Of a stretch of DNA of 64,000 bases, positions 36,396 through 45,055 are shown in pieces. Each line of letters opens with the position of its first letter. The stretch's first letter is position 1. Origin of the DNA: an uncultured Gammaproteobacteria bacterium. Its GTDB lineage: Bacteria; Patescibacteriota; Patescibacteriia; Patescibacteriales; UBA12465. The stretch spans positions 251 through 64,250 of the forward strand of contig CAZSNN010000002.1 of NCBI GenBank assembly GCA_964608425.1. The letters run 5' to 3'. Under the pieces are notes generated by a model. It was given only the letters and a program-made list of their open reading frames with translations. It was not told the origin of the DNA and ran no database searches. The position numbers and the translations under genes are program-made.

Positions 36396-37715
36396 TTATT
36401 TTTTTCCTAAAATATATTCTTTAAATTTGGCAAAAAATATTTCAGCGCCTTTTCTTCTTAGTAAATGAACTTCATTTACTAAATCAGTAGCCTTAACCCA
36501 TTTCCAATCAGAGTGATCCCAATAATTTATCTTAATATCACTATCATCACCTTTGAATTCAGCTAATAATAAGCTTTGTTGCTGACCCTTAAATCCATAA
36601 CGCCCCTTTCTATTAGCTCGATATTTAAATAAATTTTTATATATTTTTTTAGGAGTAAAATTAGTTACGCCTAATTCTTCATATAACTCTCTGCTACCAG
36701 CTAACTTTATTTTATCCGATTCTATTCCCCCTTGAGGTAATTGCCAATGACCTGGCTCTTCACTTCTTTCTACTAATAATATTTGATAATTTTCTAAGGG
36801 ATCCCGAGTCTTGTTTTCTAAGGCAATATAAGGAATATTAAATTTTCGATATAATATGCAGGCAACGTTTTTTCTATAAAACAAAGGAGAAATAAATTTC
36901 CAATAAAAAAATTTCCAAGCAAAAACTAATACTGCCTGATACATTCTTTTATATCTCCAAGGCTGTCTAAAAAATCTCCATAACCATTCTAGTCCCATTC
37001 TTCTCATAATTTTGGGAGCTCGCTTAATTTTGCCTGTTAAAAAATCTAAAGCTCCGCCAATACCTATAGCTAATTTTATAGAAGGTATTTTCTTAAAATT
37101 ATGCCAAATAAATTTTTCTTGATAAGGAGCACCAAAATTACAAATTAAAATATCGGGCTCAAATTCTAATAACTTGTTATGAACTAAAAATTCCAATTTA
37201 TCATTTATTTTTTTTTCAATTTTTTTGGCAAATCTAGTAAAAAAATTGTTTTTTTGCCAATTAAAATTAATTAGTTCTTTGGGTTGATTATCAATATTAT
37301 AACTTAAATCACAATCTTCTATTAAAAATTCTAAGCCTGGATATCTATTAGTTAAGGCAATTGATATTTCCGAAGAAGAAGATAGTCCATTTTTATTATT
37401 AATAATTAAAACTTTCTTCTTTCTATTTTGAGCAATTTCAAAAATATCTAAAATAGTATCAGCTCCAGTAAACCTATTTAATTTTTTACCATTTAAAAAA
37501 GCAGCTATCTTCAAACCAAAGCCGTCAGCTAAAGACAAATCGGCTTTATTCAAAATATAAAAAAGTTCCTCATCCTTAGAGGCTTTTAATATTATTTCGG
37601 GATTGGGTGTTACTATATAATTTTGCTTATCAGAGTCTAAAAAATCATTAATTTTCAAAAATAACTCCTCCCTATTTAAATTATTATCAATATCAACTCC
37701 TAAAATGTTAATCAT
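36396..37715 (-). CDS. Fusion protein: WecG/TagA/CpsF (GT26) glycosyltransferase + C-terminal Nudix hydrolase
   Basis: GT26 signatures: VTPNPEI, LADGFGL, GAPYQEKF, IGIGGALDFLTGKIKRAP, GLEWLWR. Nudix core from about aa 283: LPQGGIESDKIKLAGSRELYEELGV (REUxEExGU intact). Confidence 0.75.
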   Translation of the reverse strand: MINILGVDIDNNLNREELFLKINDFLDSDKQNYIVTPNPEIILKASKDEELFYILNKADLSLADGFGLKIAAFLNGKKLNRFTGADTILDIFEIAQNRKKKVLIINNKNGLSSSSEISIALTNRYPGLEFLIEDCDLSYNIDNQPKELINFNWQKNNFFTRFAKKIEKKINDKLEFLVHNKLLEFEPDILICNFGAPYQEKFIWHNFKKIPSIKLAIGIGGALDFLTGKIKRAPKIMRRMGLEWLWRFFRQPWRYKRMYQAVLVFAWKFFYWKFISPLFYRKNVACILYRKFNIPYIALENKTRDPLENYQILLVERSEEPGHWQLPQGGIESDKIKLAGSRELYEELGVTNFTPKKIYKNLFKYRANRKGRYGFKGQQQSLLLAEFKGDDSDIKINYWDHSDWKWVKATDLVNEVHLLRRKGAEIFFAKFKEYILGKK

Positions 37716-37775
37716 ATACTTAATATCTATTTTTATTGATTATATAATAAATAAAGTTTTTAGTAAACCTAGCTA

Positions 37776-37804
37776 TTGACAAATTATTTTTTTTATAGTA
37801 AGGT
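37776..37804 (+). promoter_or_regulatory. Weak candidate promoter for GC-rich cassette 1
   Basis: TTGACA (37776-37781), 17-nt spacer, TAAGGT (37799-37804). The -10 box is poor. Confidence 0.3.
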
Positions 37805-37860
37805 TAGCACAAAAATAGTTCTTAAACAATTAAAATAAGTTTCACTAAAAATTAGAAATC

Positions 37861-38997
37861 ATGAAGAAAATGTTGTTTTTTGCGGGTATCGCAGTAGTAT
37901 TAGTAGCTTTGACAATGCTCGGCACCTCGTGCCAAAAAGAAGTCAATCGGCCAGATATGCCGGAAATTATAATGAGTTATGAAAGAACAGTGGACGGAGA
38001 AGTCATCACTGAAAGGCAGGCTGTGGCTAACGGACAGGTAATATTTCTACCGGATTCAACTTTGAATGCAGCATTCTGGACCAATCCACTTACATCGGTA
38101 ACCTGGACCCTATCAGGCCCACAAACTGGAGAATGGGTTTCGGATCAGTTAACGATTCAGTTCATGTACACCGGGACCTACACTTTGGCAATAACCTCGT
38201 TTGGGGTTAACTGGAATATAACAATTATTGTTGGTGGAGATCCAACCGCTTCGCAAGTTGGAACCAGATTCGTTGGCTCAACTTTTGATGGGAGTTTATT
38301 TCACTATACCTTTAGAATCAACCGACCAATCTATGTATTGGATACGGACGTTCTCTTTCGTATAACTGAATTAGGCGATGATGTTGATGCTACTTATCTT
38401 CCACAGTTAGATGGAGTTTCTTTTGTTGGGACAGACAGTATTGACATTACATTCGCTTATCCGCCCAGCGGAAATGAAAGTTTGAACGTAAAGTTCATTG
38501 CTGGTCGCATAGAAGGTACAGACCCAATTTGGTTCAATGCCGACCCTGATGATCCTTATAAATGTCAGGATGCGCCTCCCGCGCTTGATGACATTTTACA
38601 GGCTAACTTAAAAAATGGTTTAGCTCTGCCTCCGGGACAAACTTTTACTGTTCCTGCTGGCGTTTCAAATAGTTCAGCTGATTACGGCGAAGATTTGCCA
38701 GTTGTGCTCATGTCTGTTAATCCTGGCACAGGATTATTGCATTTATGGTTTTTTACTTTAAGCGAGAATCCAACCTTTCGTTACAAAACGGAAGATGCTG
38801 ATTTAAGCTTTAGTGAGATCGCTCCAACTTCGGCTGGCAGCGGTTATTGGCATGTGTCATTACCGCTGGCCCCAGCAAATGGGTATTATACTTTTGATTT
38901 CGGAACCGGTACTGGCCTTGGATTTGTTCAGGATCAGTTTGTTCCAACCTCAACCCTGTATTATATCCCAACCAGCACACTTAAACTTCATTTATAA
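37861..38997 (+). CDS. Lipoprotein of unknown function, compositionally atypical (GC-rich cassette 1)
   Basis: 378-aa ORF. The signal peptide ends LGTSC-QK. Hand-counted G+C is 30/60 in lines 38101-38160 and 38521-38580. The protein is rich in T/G/P/D and poor in K/N/I. Confidence 0.7.
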   Translation: MKKMLFFAGIAVVLVALTMLGTSCQKEVNRPDMPEIIMSYERTVDGEVITERQAVANGQVIFLPDSTLNAAFWTNPLTSVTWTLSGPQTGEWVSDQLTIQFMYTGTYTLAITSFGVNWNITIIVGGDPTASQVGTRFVGSTFDGSLFHYTFRINRPIYVLDTDVLFRITELGDDVDATYLPQLDGVSFVGTDSIDITFAYPPSGNESLNVKFIAGRIEGTDPIWFNADPDDPYKCQDAPPALDDILQANLKNGLALPPGQTFTVPAGVSNSSADYGEDLPVVLMSVNPGTGLLHLWFFTLSENPTFRYKTEDADLSFSEIAPTSAGSGYWHVSLPLAPANGYYTFDFGTGTGLGFVQDQFVPTSTLYYIPTSTLKLHL

Positions 38998-39014
38998 GTT
39001 TTAAATGTATTGGC

Positions 39015-39046
39015 AAAGCCCTTCAACAAGAAGGGCTTTTTTATTT
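39015..39046 (+). terminator. Rho-independent terminator of cassette 1
   Basis: AAAGCCCTT (39015-39023) pairs with AAGGGCTTT (39031-39039) and is followed by a T-run. Confidence 0.8.
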
Positions 39047-39101
39047 TCTAAAAATCTGTTAAAATTAAATTATAAATATCTCTAAAAAATAAAAAAATAT
39101 T

Positions 39102-40073
39102 ATGGATAATTTTGAACAAATATCTAAAAAAATTAAAGTCCTTACCATAGACAATCCCCGAGATGCTAAAAAGATAAAATGGTATAATATTGTTAATCCT
39201 GAAAATAAAGAAATCAAATATTTAAAAAAAGAATTTGACTTCGAAGATAAATACTTAAAAGCTTCTCTTAAAAAAATAACAGCCCAAAGACCAATTATAT
39301 ACCAAGGCAAGGATTATCTTTTTGTAATTTTACACTTCCCCGTCTTAAATAAAGAGCAACAAGTTGTGCCTGGAGAAATAGAATTTTTTATTGGGCATGG
39401 ATATCTGATAACTCTTCATGATGGTAAAACTAAATCTTTAAATGACTTCTTTGATTATTGCCAAAAAGATACTATTTTTTTAGAATCATATAAATCAGAA
39501 TCATCAGCAATACTTTTATATGAAATATTAGAAAAATTAATTCAGGATTCATATGAATTATTAGACCAAAACAATATTGAAATAAACGAAGTTGAAGATA
39601 TTATTTTTTCTCAAAAACAAAAAATTATCACCGCTCAATTATTAAAATTAAAAAGAAATATTATTAATATTCGTCGCATTATTCAAAATCATAATAATAT
39701 TATGAAGAAACTAACTGAAATGAAAAGCAGTCTAGTTTCAAAAGAACAAATTGTTAACTATTATGAAAATTTAGCTGCTCACAGTCAAAGAATTTGGGAA
39801 TTTTCCGAAACTCAAAAAGAAATTATTGAGTCTCTTCATGATACTAGTGAATCAATAACTAGCTACAAAATAAATAATATAATGAAAACCCTAACCGTTG
39901 TTTCTATTATATTAATGCCTCTAAACCTCATTGCCTCCATGCTGGGAATGAATTTAGAGCCAAATCCCCTAAAAAGCAGAAGTGGGCTTCTTGGTTTTGT
40001 TGTTATATCAGTAATTATGTTGATATTAGGCTTGATTATGTTAATATTTTTTAGAAGAAAAAAATGGCTATAG
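39102..40073 (+). CDS. corA: CorA-family Mg2+/Co2+ transporter
   Basis: Cytoplasmic domain plus two C-terminal TM helices with the GMN motif (MLGMNLE). Confidence 0.8.
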   Translation: MDNFEQISKKIKVLTIDNPRDAKKIKWYNIVNPENKEIKYLKKEFDFEDKYLKASLKKITAQRPIIYQGKDYLFVILHFPVLNKEQQVVPGEIEFFIGHGYLITLHDGKTKSLNDFFDYCQKDTIFLESYKSESSAILLYEILEKLIQDSYELLDQNNIEINEVEDIIFSQKQKIITAQLLKLKRNIINIRRIIQNHNNIMKKLTEMKSSLVSKEQIVNYYENLAAHSQRIWEFSETQKEIIESLHDTSESITSYKINNIMKTLTVVSIILMPLNLIASMLGMNLEPNPLKSRSGLLGFVVISVIMLILGLIMLIFFRRKKWL

Positions 40074-40103
40074 TAATATAAAATACAAAAGATAACTCTT
40101 GAC

Positions 40104-40130
40104 AAAACCTCATATTTTATGGGGTTTTTT
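40104..40130 (+). terminator. Rho-independent terminator of corA
   Basis: AAAACCTCA pairs with TGGGGTTTT (8/9) and is followed by a T6 run. Confidence 0.6.
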
Positions 40131-40147
40131 GCTTTTAATGTTATCTA

Positions 40148-40176
40148 TTGACATATTTTAATAAATATGATATAAT
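40148..40176 (+). promoter_or_regulatory. Consensus sigma70-type promoter
   Basis: TTGACA (40148-40153), 17-nt spacer, TATAAT (40171-40176). Confidence 0.7.
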
Positions 40177-40195
40177 ATCACCATAAAATAAACAT

Positions 40196-41302
40196 ATGAA
40201 AATATACATAGTAGGACAAAAAGGAATACCAGCTGTTGGTGGTGGAGTAGAAACTCACGTTGATAATTTAGCTACTAAATTAGTTAAATTGGGACATGAG
40301 GTTCATGCTTATACTCGATATAATTATACTGACAAAAAATTAAAAGAGTATAAAGGAGTTAAGCTTATTTCCCTTCCCAGCGTTAAATCTAAAAATTTAG
40401 ATGCTATTAGTCATACATTTTTAGCTTGTTTAGATTTTGTTTTCAAACGGAAAGCTGATGTCATACATTTTCACTCTATCGGACCATCTTCTTTAATTTG
40501 GTTAGTAAAATTATTTCGCCCTAGAGTAAAAGTGATATTCACTTTTCATAGTCAATGTTATTACAATACTAAATGGGGTAAATTAGCTAAATCATATTTA
40601 GCTTTAGGAGAAAGAATTGGCTGTAAAATGGCTGATGAGGTTATAGTTGTTTCAAAAAGTTTAAAGAAATATGTAGAAGAAAAATATAATCGTTCAGTAA
40701 ATTACATACCTAATGGAGTTAATCTACCTAATATAGTAGAGGCTGACAAAATAAAAACAAATTGGGGATTAGAAAAAAATTCTTATATAGTTTCTGTTTC
40801 TCGCTTAGTAAAAAATAAAGGTTTGGAATATTTAATTGAGGCTTACAAAAACTTAGATACTGATAAAAAATTAGTAATAGTTGGTGATGGTGATTTTACT
40901 GACAAGTTAAAAGAGTTAGCTAAAGAAAATAATAATATAGTATTCACTGGCAGACAAAGTGGTGATGTTTTGAATGAATTATATTCTAATGCTGCTTTAT
41001 TTGTTCAGCCCTCAGAAGCAGAAGGACTATCTATTTCCCTATTAGAGGCTGTTTCATATAAATTACCAGTACTGATAAGTGATATTGATGCTAACGTTGA
41101 GGTTATGGGTGAAGATGCTTTTTCCTTTGTCAATAAAGATGTGGTTGATTTGGAAAATAAATTAAAACTATTTTTAAGTGGAGATAATAAAGAAAGTCTT
41201 GACAAAAATTTAGAAATGGTGTATAATAAAGTGTTGTCTGAATATAATTGGAATAATATTATAAATCAGACAATAGATTTATATAGAGGTTCTCTTAAAT
41301 AA
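40196..41302 (+). CDS. GT4-family (GT-B fold) glycosyltransferase
   Basis: N-terminal GGVETHV and a C-terminal EAEGLSISLLEA (E-x7-E region). Confidence 0.8.
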   Translation: MKIYIVGQKGIPAVGGGVETHVDNLATKLVKLGHEVHAYTRYNYTDKKLKEYKGVKLISLPSVKSKNLDAISHTFLACLDFVFKRKADVIHFHSIGPSSLIWLVKLFRPRVKVIFTFHSQCYYNTKWGKLAKSYLALGERIGCKMADEVIVVSKSLKKYVEEKYNRSVNYIPNGVNLPNIVEADKIKTNWGLEKNSYIVSVSRLVKNKGLEYLIEAYKNLDTDKKLVIVGDGDFTDKLKELAKENNNIVFTGRQSGDVLNELYSNAALFVQPSEAEGLSISLLEAVSYKLPVLISDIDANVEVMGEDAFSFVNKDVVDLENKLKLFLSGDNKESLDKNLEMVYNKVLSEYNWNNIINQTIDLYRGSLK

Positions 41303-41314
41303 GATTATTTAAGC

Positions 41315-41364
41315 TTACCTGTCTATCCTGTTAATAAAAATTTATTAATAGAATAGACAGGTAA
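41315..41364. other. Long perfect inverted repeat (11-bp arms, nested palindrome in the loop)
   Basis: TTACCTGTCTA (41315-41325) and TAGACAGGTAA (41354-41364). The loop contains TTAATAAA/TTTATTAA. No T-run follows. It lies between the GT4 stop and GC-rich cassette 2. Confidence 0.7.
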
Positions 41365-41399
41365 ACAATTAGTAATTTAAAAAAATGGAGGACTAAAAT

Positions 41400-41912
41400 A
41401 TGAAAAAGCTCTTTTTATTAATCGCAATCGTAGGAGGATTAATCATCCTCGGCACGTCGTGCCAAAAATATGAGTTTAATCCCGATGGTAGCTCAAATGT
41501 TGATCCGGTAAACCCTGGAACAACTTATACCTGGCCAGGATGTAATCCTAAGCCGGTAGAATTTCTTGGAAAAACTGAAGCTCAAGGATGGCCAAATTGT
41601 TATGACTACTCATTTAGACTAAGTCTGGATGGAAGTCAAATCGATCCTAACCCGCTAACGGCAGAATCATTTTCGATTCCCCATGTGGGACCAGGTGGAG
41701 TAACAATTTACGAAAACGTAGAGAATGACGCTACTTACACTATTACAAAAGTGTCTGATAGGTACATTTACTACACAATCCGATCTGAAAGAGGCCACAC
41801 TCTTAAGTACAACATCTCCAAAAAAGATGGTTCAAGGGAAGTATGGTTTCTTCGCTACGGATTAACGGTTGACGATGGATCGAGTAATATGGTAACGTTT
41901 ACAGCTGACTAA
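41400..41912 (+). CDS. Small lipoprotein of unknown function, compositionally atypical (GC-rich cassette 2)
   Basis: 170-aa ORF with a strong SD (GGAGG at 41387-41391). The signal peptide ends LGTSC-QK. G+C is 25/60 in line 41521-41580 and 32/60 in line 41641-41700. Confidence 0.7.
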   Translation: MKKLFLLIAIVGGLIILGTSCQKYEFNPDGSSNVDPVNPGTTYTWPGCNPKPVEFLGKTEAQGWPNCYDYSFRLSLDGSQIDPNPLTAESFSIPHVGPGGVTIYENVENDATYTITKVSDRYIYYTIRSERGHTLKYNISKKDGSREVWFLRYGLTVDDGSSNMVTFTAD

Positions 41913-41945
41913 AGTCGCTACAAACGAACCGCCCATCATAAACCA

Positions 41946-41976
41946 AAGGGTTGTCAAAAATGACGACCCTTTTTTA
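41946..41976 (+). terminator. Rho-independent terminator of cassette 2
   Basis: AAGGGTTGTC (41946-41955) pairs with GACGACCCTT (41962-41971, one G-T pair) and is followed by a T-run. Confidence 0.75.
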
Positions 41977-41982
41977 ATTTAA

Positions 41983-42006
41983 AAAGCCATCAATTAAGAT
42001 GGCTTT
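41983..42006 (-). terminator. Terminator hairpin downstream of pyrG
   Basis: AAAGCCATC-AATTAA-GATGGCTTT, flanked by A/T runs on both sides. Confidence 0.6.
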
Positions 42007-42041
42007 TATTATATCTAAATTTATATTGCTTTTTGAAAAGT

Positions 42042-43706
42042 TTATTTTGCTTTTTTATTCTTTATTACTCTAACAAATTCAACAAATAAAGGATGTGGAT
42101 CTAAAGGTCGAGAAATATATTCAGGATGAAATTGGACCCCCACAAAAAAAGGATGATTTTTTAACTCTATAGCCTCAACAATTTCTCCGTCTGGAGAAGT
42201 TCCTGAAATTACCAAACCTTTTTTAGCAAACAATTCACGATAATCATTATTAAATTCATAACGATGACGATGACGCTCTAAAACAGTATCTGCTTTTTTC
42301 ATTTTTTTATAAGCTTGTTGCAGAGTTGTTCCCTTTTGTAATTTACAAGGCCAAGCTCCTAAACGAATAGTTCCTCCATATCCTTTCTCTCTAATAAGCT
42401 CAGCTTGTCCGGGCATAATATGAATAACTAAATTTTTACTATTCGGATTAATCTCTTCCGAGACAGCATCTTTTAACCCGCAAACATTGCGAGCAAATTC
42501 AATTACAGCCATTTGCATTCCATAACATAATCCAAAATATGGAATCTTTTTTTCTCGACAATATTTAATAGTGGCAATTTTACCCTCGGAACCCCGACTA
42601 CCCCAACCCTGAGGGACAATTATTCCATCCAAATTTTTCAGACATTTAACACCCCTTTTTTCAACATCTTCGGTATCAATCCATTCTAATTTTGGCTTCA
42701 CTTTATTAAAAGCTCCGGCGTGTTTAATAGCTTCAATCACTGAAATATATGAATCACTTAAAGAAAAATCTCCGGTAGCAAAATATTTTCCAACAATACC
42801 AATTTTAATTTCTTTTTTAGAATTTTTAATATCAGAAATCATTTTTACCCATTTATTAGCATTTTCTTTTGATTCTTTATTTTCTTTAGATTTTAATTTT
42901 AATTTTTTTAAAACCTTTTCTCCTAAATTATTTTTTTCAAAATTAATAGGAACTTCATAAATAGAATCGATATCTGGGGCAGCAATAACATCTTCATTGG
43001 AGACGTTACAATGAACAGCAATTTTTCCTCTTCTAATATCGTCAATATCTTTTTCTGACCTAGCTACTATAAAATTCGGTTGAATTCCGGCAGTATTTAA
43101 AGTTCTAACAGCATGTTGGGTCGGCTTAGTTTTCATTTCTCCAACTTTGCTTGGAATTGGTAAATATGAAACCATCACAAACAAAACATCATTAGGATTT
43201 TTTAATTTCATAACCCTGGCAGCTTCTAAAAATAGTAGATTTTCATATTCTCCAACAGTTCCTCCAATTTCAATCACCATTATTTCAGCTTTAGTTTTTT
43301 CAACCGCCTTATATATTCTCTCTCTAATTTCTCGAGGAATATGAGGAACAACTTGAACACATTTACCTTCGTACTCTAAATTTCTTTCTTTATTAATAAC
43401 AGTTTGATAAACACGACCTGTGGTCATGTAATTTTCTTTATAAATATTTTTATTCAAGAATCTTTCATAATTTCCAACGTCTTGATCAGTCTCATCGCCA
43501 TCTTCAGTTACAAAAACTTCCCCATGCTCTACTGGGTTCATAGTACCAGCGTCAACATTAATATAAGGATCAATTTTAATAGCACTAACATTATATCCCT
43601 TATTAGACAAAATTTGACCAATAGAAGCAGCTGTTATTCCCTTACCAACTCCAGACATAACTCCACCAACTACAAAAATAAATTTAGTATTTTTTTTACT
43701 AGACAT
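42042..43706 (-). CDS. pyrG: CTP synthase
   Basis: N-terminal GGVMSGVGKGI and a C-terminal glutamine amidotransferase domain with GLCYGMQ and HRHRYE. Confidence 0.95.
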   Translation of the reverse strand: MSSKKNTKFIFVVGGVMSGVGKGITAASIGQILSNKGYNVSAIKIDPYINVDAGTMNPVEHGEVFVTEDGDETDQDVGNYERFLNKNIYKENYMTTGRVYQTVINKERNLEYEGKCVQVVPHIPREIRERIYKAVEKTKAEIMVIEIGGTVGEYENLLFLEAARVMKLKNPNDVLFVMVSYLPIPSKVGEMKTKPTQHAVRTLNTAGIQPNFIVARSEKDIDDIRRGKIAVHCNVSNEDVIAAPDIDSIYEVPINFEKNNLGEKVLKKLKLKSKENKESKENANKWVKMISDIKNSKKEIKIGIVGKYFATGDFSLSDSYISVIEAIKHAGAFNKVKPKLEWIDTEDVEKRGVKCLKNLDGIIVPQGWGSRGSEGKIATIKYCREKKIPYFGLCYGMQMAVIEFARNVCGLKDAVSEEINPNSKNLVIHIMPGQAELIREKGYGGTIRLGAWPCKLQKGTTLQQAYKKMKKADTVLERHRHRYEFNNDYRELFAKKGLVISGTSPDGEIVEAIELKNHPFFVGVQFHPEYISRPLDPHPLFVEFVRVIKNKKAK

Positions 43707-43726
43707 ATAAATATAATTATTTTAAA

Positions 43727-44995
43727 TTATTTAATAAAAAAATTAATAGCTTCTTCTAATTGTGGATCACGATTATTCTCAAAATCATCATAAGTTAGTT
43801 CAACTTCTTGGTCTGGCTTAATTCCCTCTTCGTCAATATTTTGTCCCTTAGGTGTTAACCATTTAGCTACTGTAATTTTTACCGCTGAACCATCTGTTAA
43901 GTTTTTAACCATCTGGACTGATCCTTTTCCATAACTTTGCTCCCCAATAATTGTAGCTTTATTATAATCCCTTAGAGCCCCAGCTAAAATTTCTGAAGCT
44001 GAAGCACTTCCTCCATTTATTAGTATTACTGTAGAATAATTTTTTAATCTATTTAAACCATCAGCCAAATATTCAGTAGTTTTTCCATTAGCAAATTGTT
44101 CAATAACAGCCACCTCTCCATTAATCCATTCTCCCAACATCATAACAGCCACTTCTAAATACCCCCCCGGATTATTTCTTAAGTCAACGATAATTCCATC
44201 AGGATCCTGGGTTAAAACCTCTCTAATAGCCTGAGAAAATAAATAATTTGTATCACCATTAAAGGAATTTATTTTTATTAAAAAAAGATTATTGTCCAAT
44301 TTCTCGTAAGAAACACTTTTAATGGAGATGACATCTCTAATTATTTTAAATTCTTTAATATCATCGAATCCGTTTCTAAAAATACTTAAAACAACTTCGG
44401 TCCCTTTGGGGCCTTTTATTTTACTAACAGCTTCATTAATATCCATCCCTTGGGTTGACTCCCCGTTTATTTCCAAAATTTTATCTCCGGCCATTATTCC
44501 AGCTTTCTGGGCGGGAGTTCCCTCTATTGGAGAAATAACCGTTAAAAGATCATCCCTAATACCGATTTCTGCACCGATTCCCTCAAAAGTTCCGGACATA
44601 TCTTCTTCAAATTGCTTGTTTTCTTGAGGATCCATAAATTCAGAATAAGGGTCGTCCAAAGACGAAACCAACCCCTCTAGGGACCCATAGAATAATTGTT
44701 TATCAGCTAAACTATCTTTGTTGACATAATCACTTTTTAATAAATCCCAAACCTCCCAATACAAATCAAAGTTGGCATTTTGTACCCACTTGCCATCCTG
44801 TTTTTCGTATTTTCCGACAATACTCCCTAGATATAAAACTTCTTTCTCAGCAATTTGACCAATGACATTATTTTTAGTAGCTAGGTATGCGCCAGCTAAA
44901 AAAACAATCATGAATATAATTATTCCGGCTAGTATTTTTAAAATTATTTTTATTATCTTCTTCATTTTTATTTTTTTTATTTTTAAAACAAACAA
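43727..44995 (-). CDS. S41 family C-terminal processing peptidase (PDZ-containing)
   Basis: TM anchor, a PDZ segment (GDKILEINGES), catalytic GSASASEI and a later K. The start is more likely at 44965 (MKKIIK). Confidence 0.85.
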   Translation of the reverse strand: MFVLKIKKIKMKKIIKIILKILAGIIIFMIVFLAGAYLATKNNVIGQIAEKEVLYLGSIVGKYEKQDGKWVQNANFDLYWEVWDLLKSDYVNKDSLADKQLFYGSLEGLVSSLDDPYSEFMDPQENKQFEEDMSGTFEGIGAEIGIRDDLLTVISPIEGTPAQKAGIMAGDKILEINGESTQGMDINEAVSKIKGPKGTEVVLSIFRNGFDDIKEFKIIRDVISIKSVSYEKLDNNLFLIKINSFNGDTNYLFSQAIREVLTQDPDGIIVDLRNNPGGYLEVAVMMLGEWINGEVAVIEQFANGKTTEYLADGLNRLKNYSTVILINGGSASASEILAGALRDYNKATIIGEQSYGKGSVQMVKNLTDGSAVKITVAKWLTPKGQNIDEEGIKPDQEVELTYDDFENNRDPQLEEAINFFIK

Positions 44996-45055
44996 CCTCT
45001 ATATTTTAATTAAAAATAATAAATTTAGCAAACTTTATATTCTAATTCTAATAAT

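Noticed and set aside
38813-39004. 63-aa ORF overlapping the 3' end of the GC-rich cassette 1 gene.
   Set aside because: It is an alternative frame of the 378-aa ORF on the same strand. It has no independent start signals. Open frames of this kind are expected in locally GC-rich DNA, where stop codons are rarer.
39065-39310. 81-aa minus-strand ORF overlapping the corA 5' end, and 39863-40105 overlapping the corA 3' end.
   Set aside because: Both are antisense shadows of corA, which has the diagnostic GMN motif and two C-terminal TM helices.
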